DNA of 64,000 nt, taken from positions 9,816 through 73,815 of the forward strand of contig CAZCQW010000004.1 in the NCBI GenBank assembly GCA_964500975.1, given 5' to 3'. Made by a program: the position numbers and the translations under genes. The DNA is from an uncultured Gammaproteobacteria bacterium (GTDB lineage Bacteria; Patescibacteriota; Patescibacteriia; Patescibacteriales; UBA12465). The notes under the pieces are model-generated. The model saw only the letters and a program-made list of their open reading frames with translations, made no database searches and was not told where the DNA came from. This document shows positions 46,518 to 54,863 of the stretch, piece after piece (the stretch's first letter is position 1; each line of letters starts with the position of its first letter).

Positions 46518-47630
46518 ATGAAAGTTGCTTTAATCCATGATCATTTAGCCCAAGATGGCGGTGCCGAAAAAGTCTTAAAAGTTTTTTCGGATATGTTTCC
46601 GGATGCGCCAATTTACACCCTTCTTTATGAAGACAAGCAGGTGGCTAAATATTTTAAAGACAGACACATTGAAACTTCAATTATTCAAAAACTACCCGGT
46701 GGCGTTAAACATTATCAATGGTATTTAATGTTTATGCCAATGGCGGTTGAATTTTTTGATTTGTCTGAGTTTGATATTGTAATTTCAGATACCAGTTCTT
46801 TTGCTAAGGGAGTAATTACAAAACCAAACTGTTTACATATTTGTTATTGTCACACCCCAACCAGATATTTATGGAGCGACACCCATCAATATATAAATGA
46901 ATTGAAGTATAACAAATGGTTTAAGAAAATCATCGGGATGGTTTTGTGCAATATTCGCGCTTGGGATAGATTAGCGGCCGACAGAGTTGATGTTTTTATT
47001 GCTAATTCCAAAACTGTTCAAGATAGAATTGTTAAATATTATCGCCGTAATTCTACCGTTATTTATCCACCAGTTGAAACTGATAAATTCTCAATTCTTG
47101 ATTTAAGTAATCAAAAATCCGAAGAAAAATATTTTTTGGCTGGTTGTCGTTTAGCGCCATATAAAAGAATAGATTTAGTAATTGAAGCTTTTAAAAATTT
47201 AGGATCTAATTATAAGTTAAAAATCTTTGGCGATGGCGTTGATTTAGAGCGTCTGAAGATGATTGCGTCTGGTGCCTCAAATATTGAGTTTTTAGGCCGT
47301 GTGAGCGAGGAAGAGAAGGTTAAGCTCTTTGAAGGCGCTCAAGCCTTTATTAACCCTCAGGAGGAGGATTTTGGTATTACTGTCGTTGAGTCTATGGCCG
47401 CCGGACGTCCAGTAATCGCTTATCGCAGTGGCGGAGCAACCGAAACAGTAATTGAAGAAAAAACTGGTTTATTTTTTGATGCTCAGACTAGCGAATCACT
47501 TGAGCAAGTTTTAAAAAAATTCTCTAGCTATAATTTTGACTCAAAAGAAATTAAAGCCCATGCTGAGCAGTTCTCAATCAAAAACTTTACTGAGCAAATT
47601 GAAGAATTTATCAGTTCTCATAAAAAATAG
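46518..47630 (+). CDS. Glycosyltransferase family 4.
   Basis: GT-B fold, with an EX7E-like region (...GITVVESMAAGRPVIAYRSGGATETV...). Confidence 0.8.
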   Translation: MKVALIHDHLAQDGGAEKVLKVFSDMFPDAPIYTLLYEDKQVAKYFKDRHIETSIIQKLPGGVKHYQWYLMFMPMAVEFFDLSEFDIVISDTSSFAKGVITKPNCLHICYCHTPTRYLWSDTHQYINELKYNKWFKKIIGMVLCNIRAWDRLAADRVDVFIANSKTVQDRIVKYYRRNSTVIYPPVETDKFSILDLSNQKSEEKYFLAGCRLAPYKRIDLVIEAFKNLGSNYKLKIFGDGVDLERLKMIASGASNIEFLGRVSEEEKVKLFEGAQAFINPQEEDFGITVVESMAAGRPVIAYRSGGATETVIEEKTGLFFDAQTSESLEQVLKKFSSYNFDSKEIKAHAEQFSIKNFTEQIEEFISSHKK

Positions 47631-47633
47631 TTT

Positions 47634-48782
47634 ATGAAAGTTGGTGTTGACGTCAGAGTTTTAATGGATAAATACTATAGCGGCGTTTCTGAATACACCG
47701 CTAATTTATTAAAGGCAATTTTTGAAGCTGATAAGGAAAATAACTATAAATTATTCTTTAATTCATTCCATGACCAAAGCGAGCGGCTTGGTAAATGGAA
47801 TAAGGATAATTCTGAGTTAATTGGACTAAATATTCCTAATAAAATATTTAACTATTTTTTTCAAAAAACTCTATCCTATCCCAAGCTAGATAAAATTTTA
47901 GGCGGAGTTGATGTTTTTTGGTCACCACATTTTAATTTTACAAAACTAAGCAAGGATACAAAAAAAGTTATTACCGTTCATGATTTATCATTTTTAAGAT
48001 ATCCAGAATTTTTTAGTGCGAGAAAAAACTTTTGGCATAGAGCCCTTGATGTTAAAAAAACTTTACTAGAGGCTGATAAAATTATTGCTGTTTCGGAAAA
48101 TACTAAAAATGATATTGTTGAACTTTTAGGAATTAATGAGGATAAGATTCAGGTTGTTTATTCCGGAAATAATGTTATTAAAAAGGAAGTTAAAGTTGAG
48201 GATGTTCAAGAATTTTTAGCTAAGAAAAAAATCTCAGGACGCATGCTTTTGTATTTAGGAACAATTGAACCTAGAAAAAATATTATAAATTTGATCAAAG
48301 CTTATAATAGCTTGAGGATGAGCGGGGAAGAATATGGTGATGTAAAACTTGTTTTAGCTGGTGCTAGTGGCTGGAAAAATCGTTTAACTTATAGAGAGTG
48401 GCAGATGTCGCCATATAAAAATGATATTCGTTTCTTGGGTTATGTTAATCAGTTTGATAAGGATATTTTATATAGCCAAGCAAGCTTATTTGTTTACCCG
48501 TCGTTTTATGAAGGCTTTGGCTTTCCGCCGCTTGAGGCAATGACCTATGGCGTGCCAGTAATTTGCGCAAATGTTTCTAGCTTACCCGAAGTAGTCGCTG
48601 ACGCTGCCTTAATGATTAATCCTTATGAGTTTACTGAAATTTGTGAGGCATGCAAATTAATCTTGAATAATAAAGACTTGCGTGACTCACTAGTTTCTAA
48701 AGGATTAAAAAGAGCTGGCGAATTTACTTGGGAAAAAACAGCTAGAGAATATTTAGAAGTATTCAAAAAACTAACATGTTAA
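47634..48782 (+). CDS. Glycosyltransferase family 4.
   Basis: GT-B fold motif FVYPSFYEGFGFPPLEAMTYGVPVICANVSSLPEVV. Confidence 0.8.
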   Translation: MKVGVDVRVLMDKYYSGVSEYTANLLKAIFEADKENNYKLFFNSFHDQSERLGKWNKDNSELIGLNIPNKIFNYFFQKTLSYPKLDKILGGVDVFWSPHFNFTKLSKDTKKVITVHDLSFLRYPEFFSARKNFWHRALDVKKTLLEADKIIAVSENTKNDIVELLGINEDKIQVVYSGNNVIKKEVKVEDVQEFLAKKKISGRMLLYLGTIEPRKNIINLIKAYNSLRMSGEEYGDVKLVLAGASGWKNRLTYREWQMSPYKNDIRFLGYVNQFDKDILYSQASLFVYPSFYEGFGFPPLEAMTYGVPVICANVSSLPEVVADAALMINPYEFTEICEACKLILNNKDLRDSLVSKGLKRAGEFTWEKTAREYLEVFKKLTC

Positions 48783-49870
48783 AGAAAAATATAAAAAAGA
48801 AGGGAAAAGTATTGGTTGCTATGTCTGGAGGCGTTGATTCCAGCGTGGCGGCGCAACTTTTAAAAAATCAGGGCTATGATGTGGCTGGAGTGTTTTTGCA
48901 TTTCTGGAAAGACGAATCGGCGGGCGCTAAAGCAGAAAATCGCTGCTGTTCTTTAGAGTCACTACTCGACGCTAAGGCGGTTGCTGCCAGAATTGGAATT
49001 CCTCTCTATACTTTTAATTTTTCTAATCAGTTTAAAGAAGCTGTGGTAGATAATTTCTTAAGTGAATACGAAGCGGGAAGAACACCGAATCCTTGTGTGG
49101 TTTGTAATAAAAAAATTAAAATTGGTCTGCTTTTGCGCCATGCTAGAGCCTTAGGTTATGATTATGTTGCGACCGGCCATTATTTAAGCATTAAAAAAGT
49201 TGGGCGTGATTATCGGCTATTTAAAGCGAAAGATAAAAATAAAGACCAGACATATTTCCTGTATACTTTTGGGCCCGATGAATTAAAACATTTATTATTT
49301 CCGCTTGGCGGATATATAAAACCTCAGGTAAGAAAATTAGCGGCGAAGTTTGAGTTAGTCGTAGCAGGAAAAGCTGAAAGTCAGGATATTTGTTTTTTAT
49401 CTGGCGATCATAATAATTTCTTGAAAAAGTATTTGGAATTAAAACCAGGGGATATTAGAATCCTTGAAACCAGTGAAAAAATTGGTGAACATCTTGGACT
49501 TCCGCTATATACAATTGGTCAACGTCGCGGTTTAGTTGGTGGTACTGGTCCATATTATGTTGCTAAATTTGATTATAAGAAAAATATTCTTTATGTTGTT
49601 AAAGAATGGAATCAGGATATCTTATATCAACCCGGTTTAATTGCGAAGAAAGTTAATTGGTTAAGTGGACGATCTCCAAAAAGAACTTTAAATTGTGAAG
49701 CAGTTATTCGCTATGGTCACAAAGCGGTTAAGTGCAAAGTTACTCCAAAAAATAAAACTGATTATATTGTTGAATTTAAGGAGAAACAAAGAGCAGTGAC
49801 ACCCGGTCAAAGTGTTGTTTTTTATAATAAAAAACAAGTATTAGGCGGTGGGATAATTGATGTGCTATAA
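48776..49870 (+). CDS. mnmA: tRNA-specific 2-thiouridylase MnmA.
   Basis: PP-loop SGGVDSS, and the conserved motifs CCS...NPCVVCN and DQTYFLY. Confidence 0.9.
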   Translation: MLKKNIKKKGKVLVAMSGGVDSSVAAQLLKNQGYDVAGVFLHFWKDESAGAKAENRCCSLESLLDAKAVAARIGIPLYTFNFSNQFKEAVVDNFLSEYEAGRTPNPCVVCNKKIKIGLLLRHARALGYDYVATGHYLSIKKVGRDYRLFKAKDKNKDQTYFLYTFGPDELKHLLFPLGGYIKPQVRKLAAKFELVVAGKAESQDICFLSGDHNNFLKKYLELKPGDIRILETSEKIGEHLGLPLYTIGQRRGLVGGTGPYYVAKFDYKKNILYVVKEWNQDILYQPGLIAKKVNWLSGRSPKRTLNCEAVIRYGHKAVKCKVTPKNKTDYIVEFKEKQRAVTPGQSVVFYNKKQVLGGGIIDVL

Positions 49871-49907
49871 TAGCTTTTGTATTTAAAATTAATTTACAAA
49901 TAATATT

Positions 49908-50264
49908 ATGTCACAACAACTTCCTGATGTTTTTAAAAGAATCCAAGAAAAGAAAAGAGAACAGCGCGATTTAAAAACTATTTATCGCGACGCTCTATCG
50001 GTTAATGGTCAGTACCAAGATGTACTTGAAGAACTTGAAGCTTTGAAATTAAAAAAGAAGAAAATTTTAGATAGTGTTCAAGCAGAATTTAAAGAGGAGT
50101 TTGATAAGTTAGAGGGGTTGAAACTAAATATTGCAGGAGACAATCAATTATTAAGCGACTTAGCTTTGAACCAATTAACTAAAGGGGAACTCGTTAAAAT
50201 CGTTGATGAAAATAAAGTAGAGTACGAACCAGTCTTTACGGTTAGATTCAAAAAAACTAACTAG
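49908..50264 (+). CDS. Hypothetical coiled-coil protein, 118 aa.
   Basis: Intact ORF with a terminator at 50294..50319. Confidence 0.4.
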   Translation: MSQQLPDVFKRIQEKKREQRDLKTIYRDALSVNGQYQDVLEELEALKLKKKKILDSVQAEFKEEFDKLEGLKLNIAGDNQLLSDLALNQLTKGELVKIVDENKVEYEPVFTVRFKKTN

Positions 50265-50293
50265 AGATTAAAAAAGGCTAATATTAAATAAAA

Positions 50294-50319
50294 ATACGTC
50301 TAAATGAGGCGTATTTTTT
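50294..50319 (+). terminator. Rho-independent terminator.
   Basis: atacgtc-taaatgag-gcgtat hairpin followed by a T6 run. Confidence 0.6.
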
Positions 50320-50336
50320 GTAAATATCGCGTGGTA

Positions 50337-50400
50337 TTGACATTTTCTAATATATGTGATATAATGCTCTTGTTCGTGTAAATTGGGTGGCACGATAAAC
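50337..50400 (+). promoter_or_regulatory. Consensus sigma-70 promoter (TTGACA-N17-TATAAT), followed 7 nt later by a conserved 28-nt inverted-repeat leader element.
   Basis: ttgaca at 50337..50342, tataat at 50360..50365, then TTCGTGTAAAttgggtggCACGATAAAC at 50373..50400, in which TCGTG and CACGA form an inverted repeat. Confidence 0.6.
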
Positions 50401-50475
50401 GCTATGTAAATAGCTAAGGGCCGTCAAAGCCTGGAAAGACATCCAAAAAAAAGTTCATTAAAAAATCAATTTATC

Positions 50476-51831
50476 ATGAAAAAAAGTTCAAAGGGAATCA
50501 TTAATTCGATTCTAAGTTTCGTTTTTCTTTTTGCTTTACCAATTATTATTGTGGCAATTATGTTTATAGCTCTTAGCAAATCATTTGCGATTGGGCTTAC
50601 CGTTATTATTTCATTGCTTGTTGTTGAGCTATTGCTCGGCCGGAAATATCGTGAATCATTTTATTGGTCAGAATACAGAAATTTTAGATTCTGGGGAATG
50701 ACGGGAGAAGCTAAATTTAACAAGTACTTAAACATATTGTTTAATGCTACTAAGGTTATAACTGTTCTCGGACTGCTTTGTCTTATATGTCAAAATTTTT
50801 CGGAAATACTAAATCCTTTCGGAGGCTTAGGCAAGACTATCCTGGTTTGTTCGACACTGATCGGAATTCTTATTGTGTGTTCTGGCGGTTATAATAAACG
50901 TGGTAATTATTTCGAAAGCTATGAAAAAGTTAGGGCAAGTTTTGCCCTCGCAATATTACTAACGATTGTCAGTTTTGTCTATATGACTTTTGGAACACAG
51001 TTAATCTGGATTCCACTTCTCGCAACTATAATGCTTACGTTGTTTGAGGGTTATGAAGAACTTGGGGAAAGATTTAATCAGGAAGAATATGCTTTTGGAG
51101 TATATTCGGCTGGTGCAGCTTTTTCTGCGGCGATAATAAGCACAATTATCCAATTCTGGTCTCACATTGCTTATTTCTTTGTTACTATCTGGAATTTTAT
51201 TGTAAAAGTTGGAACTTATGAGATTATTTCCGGCGGACAAGTTTGGGTAGCTGTATTAATTATTAGTATGTTTGTTACTCTAATTTCTGTTAGCAGAAGT
51301 CGAGGAAGAAAAGATAGAGCTAAGAGAGAGGCTCTAAAATTACAAAACGAAAAAGAAGCCGACGCTAAAAGAGAAAGAGGAATTAAGGAAAATGAAAAAA
51401 TTGCGGCAAAGGAGGCCGAAGAAGCTTTTAAGGAAAAAACTATTAAAATGGTTGAAGCATTAGTAGATTCTACCAAAGACAGGGATGCTAAAATAGATGA
51501 AATAGTTATGCTTTCTAAAGCAGTGTATAAGTTTGGCTATAGTTACCTCAATCGCTTTTCCGTGAAATCTCTCGCAGGTATCGTTTTAAGTAATTTTTTT
51601 ACTATATCTGAAATTAAAAAGAGGATAGTCTGGGGCGCAGATTTTGAATACGTTTTGTGTATGTACGCAGATTTGTATCAAAGAAATTACGAAGACGCTG
51701 ACTTAGACAAAATTATTAGCTTGTTTAATTGTCTGGTTAGCTATCTTAGCTCTTCAAAAGAATTTTCGGGATATACAAAAATTGTAGAAAAAATTCAGGA
51801 AACAAAAATCCCGGTAAACTGGGAAAAATAA
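50476..51831 (+). CDS. Hypothetical polytopic membrane protein of 451 aa, with a charged coiled-coil insert (KREALKLQNEKEADAKRERGIKENEKIAAKEAEEAFKEK).
   Basis: Multiple TM helices and no recognisable catalytic motif. Confidence 0.4.
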   Translation: MKKSSKGIINSILSFVFLFALPIIIVAIMFIALSKSFAIGLTVIISLLVVELLLGRKYRESFYWSEYRNFRFWGMTGEAKFNKYLNILFNATKVITVLGLLCLICQNFSEILNPFGGLGKTILVCSTLIGILIVCSGGYNKRGNYFESYEKVRASFALAILLTIVSFVYMTFGTQLIWIPLLATIMLTLFEGYEELGERFNQEEYAFGVYSAGAAFSAAIISTIIQFWSHIAYFFVTIWNFIVKVGTYEIISGGQVWVAVLIISMFVTLISVSRSRGRKDRAKREALKLQNEKEADAKRERGIKENEKIAAKEAEEAFKEKTIKMVEALVDSTKDRDAKIDEIVMLSKAVYKFGYSYLNRFSVKSLAGIVLSNFFTISEIKKRIVWGADFEYVLCMYADLYQRNYEDADLDKIISLFNCLVSYLSSSKEFSGYTKIVEKIQETKIPVNWEK

Positions 51832-51856
51832 AGTTCAAAACGTTCAAAATATAGCA

Positions 51857-51879
51857 GTAGACCTAGTCTACTACTTTTT
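51857..51879 (+). terminator. Rho-independent terminator.
   Basis: gtagac-cta-gtctac hairpin followed by a T5 run. Confidence 0.7.
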
Positions 51880-51887
51880 AATTAGTG

Positions 51888-51950
51888 TTGACATATTCTA
51901 ATAATCATTGTATAATTTATTATTCGTGTAAAAAGACTAACACGATAAAC
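51888..51950 (+). promoter_or_regulatory. Second copy of the same cassette: TTGACA-N17-TATAAT, followed 6 nt later by TTCGTGTAAAaagactaaCACGATAAAC.
   Basis: ttgaca at 51888..51893, tataat at 51911..51916, and the element at 51923..51950. Its two 10-nt arms are identical to those of the copy at 50373..50400. Confidence 0.6.
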
Positions 51951-51982
51951 ACAAATTTAATGTTAATTAAAAATAAGTAATC

Positions 51983-52501
51983 ATGACAGCAAATAACGTT
52001 TCTATTGAGCAGGTAATCCTGAACGTTTCGAAAAAAATTGTCGATAAGAAAAAAACAAGAATTATGTTTTTTATTATCTTCTTAATTTTTTCGATTATCG
52101 TATATATTTTTTTGCCAGAATTTCGTGCAGCCTCTGAAAAAAATGACTCAGAAATGACCATTTTAGCTTTGGCAATGAGTGGACTTTTCTCAATTGCTGG
52201 TGTAAGTTTATTATTTACAATTTTACCAGCACGATTAAATTTTCATGCTAAACCGAAAGAATTAATTGCGGAAATTGATAATGCTCTTGATGAGTATTTA
52301 ACCGAAATGAATATCACTCTTTACCGCTACAAGAACTCTCTTGAAGCACTTAAGAAAATTAAAAATCAATCACCAGAAATTAGAAAAAAAATTTCTGAAG
52401 TTGAAAAGGATATTTGCCGCATTAAAGTACACCTTGAAAAAATCGATCAGAAACTTGATTCAATCAAGAAAAATACGGTCGATTTAGCTCTAGCTAGTTA
52501 A
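51983..52501 (+). CDS. Hypothetical membrane protein, 172 aa.
   Basis: One or two TM helices followed by a coiled coil; it shares the promoter and leader cassette with 50476..51831. Confidence 0.4.
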   Translation: MTANNVSIEQVILNVSKKIVDKKKTRIMFFIIFLIFSIIVYIFLPEFRAASEKNDSEMTILALAMSGLFSIAGVSLLFTILPARLNFHAKPKELIAEIDNALDEYLTEMNITLYRYKNSLEALKKIKNQSPEIRKKISEVEKDICRIKVHLEKIDQKLDSIKKNTVDLALAS

Positions 52502-52524
52502 TTAGCTAAACTAACAAAAACACA

Positions 52525-52556
52525 AAGGCCATCCTTTAAAAAGATGGCCTTTTTTA
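52525..52556. terminator. Terminator, probably bidirectional, between a membrane-protein gene and the convergent tRNA-Leu.
   Basis: aaaggccatc-ctttaaaaa-gatggcct hairpin followed by a T6 run. Confidence 0.8.
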
Positions 52557-52560
52557 ATTG

Positions 52561-52644
52561 TACCGCGAGAGGGACTTGAACCCTCATGGTATCGCTACCA
52601 CACGAGTTTGAGTCGTGCATGTCTACCAGTTCCATCATCGCGGC
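52561..52644 (-). tRNA. tRNA-Leu with anticodon CAA; type II, with a long variable arm.
   Basis: The minus strand reads GCCGCGA-TG-ATGGAACTGGTAGACAT-G-CACGA-CTCAAAC-TCGTG-TGGTAGCGATACCAT-GAGGGTTCAAGTCCCTC-TCGCGGT-A. It has a 7-bp acceptor stem, an anticodon loop CU-CAA-AC and a T-loop TTCAAGT. CCA is not encoded. Confidence 0.85.
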
Positions 52645-52732
52645 TTTCTAATTACAAAATTTAGTATAATAAATATTAGTTCAATTGTCAAAGATTTAGC
52701 TTTAAGATATAATGAACTTATCAATAAATTTT

Positions 52733-53497
52733 ATGGGAAAAATCATTGCCATTGTTAATCAAAAAGGTGGAGTCGGAAAGACTACGACCTCTGTAAATTT
52801 ATCAGCCTACTTAGCCAATCTTGGCAAAGAGGTTCTTTTAGTTGATCTTGACCCGCAAGCGAATGCAACTTCAGGTTTAGGCCTTGATCACCGCAGTTTA
52901 GAAGCAGGTATTTATGAATCTTTAGTAAGTCATAAACCAGTTCACGAAATTATTAAAAGAACGCTTCAGAATGGTTTGAAAGTTGCTCCTGCGACTCTAG
53001 CTTTAGCTGGTGCTGGTGTTGAGCTTGTTAATCTTGAAAATAGAGAATTCCGCTTGGCAATGATTTTGGAAACAGTTAGAAATGATTTTGATTTTATAAT
53101 TATTGATGGCCCACCTTCTTTAGGCCTCCTAACTATTAATAGTTTAGTGGCGGCCGATGAAGTTTTGATTCCGATTCAAAGTGAGTATTATGCTCTTGAA
53201 GGCTTGAGTCAGCTCTTAGAAACTATTAGTTTGGTTCAGACTAATTTAAAGCCTGAACTAGAAGTGCTTGGTGCGGTTATTACTATGTTTGATAAACGCA
53301 ATAAATTGTCAGATGCAGTTATGGAAGAACTTTATAAATTTTTTCCAAATCGTATTTTTCGTTCAGTTATTCCGCGTAGCGTAAGACTTGCCGAAGCGCC
53401 GAGCTATGGTCGTACAATTTTACAATATGATCCAAAATCACGAGGTGCCAAGGCTTATGAAAGTTTAGCTCGTGAAATTTTAAGTATAGAAAAATAA
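52733..53497 (+). CDS. parA: Chromosome-partitioning ATPase ParA/Soj.
   Basis: Deviant Walker A KGGVGKTTT, plus DLDPQANAT and IIIDGPPSLG motifs. The ATG at 52733 (MGKIIAIVNQKGG) is preferred over the one at 52712. Confidence 0.9.
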   Translation: MGKIIAIVNQKGGVGKTTTSVNLSAYLANLGKEVLLVDLDPQANATSGLGLDHRSLEAGIYESLVSHKPVHEIIKRTLQNGLKVAPATLALAGAGVELVNLENREFRLAMILETVRNDFDFIIIDGPPSLGLLTINSLVAADEVLIPIQSEYYALEGLSQLLETISLVQTNLKPELEVLGAVITMFDKRNKLSDAVMEELYKFFPNRIFRSVIPRSVRLAEAPSYGRTILQYDPKSRGAKAYESLAREILSIEK

Positions 53498-53547
53498 CCC
53501 GCCCAAGGCGGGCGTGCCCGCCCAAGGCGGCTTGCCCGCCAAAGCGG
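53498..53547 (+). repeat. Three tandem copies of the GC hairpin motif (cccgccCAAggcggg, cccgccCAAggcgg, cccgccAAAgcgg), followed by tataaac, in the parA-parB spacer.
   Basis: Direct reading of the sequence. These lie 14 nt upstream of the ATG at 53562. Confidence 0.6.
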
Positions 53548-53612
53548 TATAAACAAAATATATGCCTCAAGGTTTAGGCCGTGGACTCGGCTAGCTTATC
53601 CCAAAAAAAACT

Positions 53613-54455
53613 ATGACTTACGGACAGAATCCGTTTAAGTCTGAAGTTTCTGAAGAAGAGACGGTTGTTTTTCATGATAGTGATAGAATTCTAAAAGTTA
53701 ATCCAGAAAGAATTGCTATTAATCCTCATCAGCCTCGAACCAGTTTTAATGACAATGCTTTAAATGATTTAGCAGAATCAATTCGTCAACACGGAATTAT
53801 TTCTCCATTAATTGTCACGCGTAAAGGTGATGACTTTGAATTAATCGCTGGCGAACGTCGTTTAAGGGCTTCTAAAATTGTTGGTCTAAAAGATGTGCCA
53901 GTTATTGTTCGTGAAGAACAAGATCAAAAAAAATTGGAAATTGCTTTAATTGAAAATCTACAGCGTGAAGATTTAAATCCTCTTGAAGTTGCTCGTTCAT
54001 ACCAAAGATTAATCGATGAATTTAATATTACCCAGGAAGAAGCAGCTAAAAAGGTTGGAAAGGCTCGCTCAAGCGTTGCTAATGCTTTACGTTTATTAAG
54101 CTTGCCTTTAGAAGTTCAAGAAGCGCTAGCGAGTGGAAAAATTACTGAAGCTCATGCTAAGTATTTATTAGGACTTGAAGGAGAGGCGAAGCAGATAAAC
54201 ATGCTTAAAAAAATTATTCGTCAGAACTTGACCGTAGCTGATACTGATAAGGAAATAAAGCGTCTTGGCGGAACTAAAGCTTCTAAAACTAAAGATTATT
54301 TTGATAGAGCTAAAGAGGAGGAATTAGCCGATTATTTAAGTACAAAAGTCGAGTTAAAACGTCAGGGCAGGGGCGGGAAACTAGTTATTGACTTTTATTC
54401 AGAAGAGGAGTTAAATGAAATAATACGTAAAATAAGTCAAGGGAAACATATTTAA
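53613..54455 (+). CDS. parB: Chromosome-partitioning protein ParB/Spo0J. The conserved N-terminal peptide is encoded upstream (53562..53591) but separated from it by an in-frame TAG.
   Basis: ParB box LIENLQREDLNP, the HTH region, and GERRLRA. Upstream, in the same frame, ATG at 53562 gives MPQGLGRGLG, then TAG at 53592..53594, then LIPKKT, then M at 53613. Confidence 0.85.
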   Translation: MTYGQNPFKSEVSEEETVVFHDSDRILKVNPERIAINPHQPRTSFNDNALNDLAESIRQHGIISPLIVTRKGDDFELIAGERRLRASKIVGLKDVPVIVREEQDQKKLEIALIENLQREDLNPLEVARSYQRLIDEFNITQEEAAKKVGKARSSVANALRLLSLPLEVQEALASGKITEAHAKYLLGLEGEAKQINMLKKIIRQNLTVADTDKEIKRLGGTKASKTKDYFDRAKEEELADYLSTKVELKRQGRGGKLVIDFYSEEELNEIIRKISQGKHI

Positions 54456-54512
54456 TGTATCTATAGTTATTTCAAAATAAAATAAATCACAATAACCAAA
54501 AAATCCAGTCTC

Positions 54513-54749
54513 ATGAAGAAATTTAAACTACTTAATCGTGATCAAAAAAAGCTCCGCGTTATCCTGGTTATATCTATTATAATAGGATTAGCAGTTCAGA
54601 TTAATTACCTTATTGATAGCGTTAGCAATGGCTTAAACTTCGATTTAAGTTTATTTACTGACTCTTTTTTATTGGGTCTTGCTTGTGCTGTTGGATTATT
54701 TTTCACAGCAATTATTGCTTTAATGGAAAAAGAAAAATCTGTTCTCTAA
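54513..54749 (+). CDS. Small hypothetical membrane protein, 78 aa.
   Basis: Two hydrophobic helices, with a terminator at 54773..54803. Confidence 0.35.
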   Translation: MKKFKLLNRDQKKLRVILVISIIIGLAVQINYLIDSVSNGLNFDLSLFTDSFLLGLACAVGLFFTAIIALMEKEKSVL

Positions 54750-54772
54750 TTTGGTATCTTGTATAAAATTTT

Positions 54773-54803
54773 AAGTGGCTTGTTAAAACTAAGCCACTTT
54801 TTT
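54773..54803 (+). terminator. Rho-independent terminator.
   Basis: aagtggctt-gttaaaact-aagccactt hairpin followed by a T6 run. Confidence 0.8.
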
Positions 54804-54863
54804 AATACTAAAAATGTGATTTGCCAACCTTAGTTTCTTATACTAAAATGTAGGAACAACTAT

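Noticed and set aside
52561-52644. Possibility that the tRNA is a tRNA-Ser or tRNA-Tyr because of the long variable arm.
   Set aside because: The anticodon loop reads CU-CAA-AC, with anticodon CAA, which reads the Leu codon UUG. The discriminator is A73, as in tRNA-Leu.
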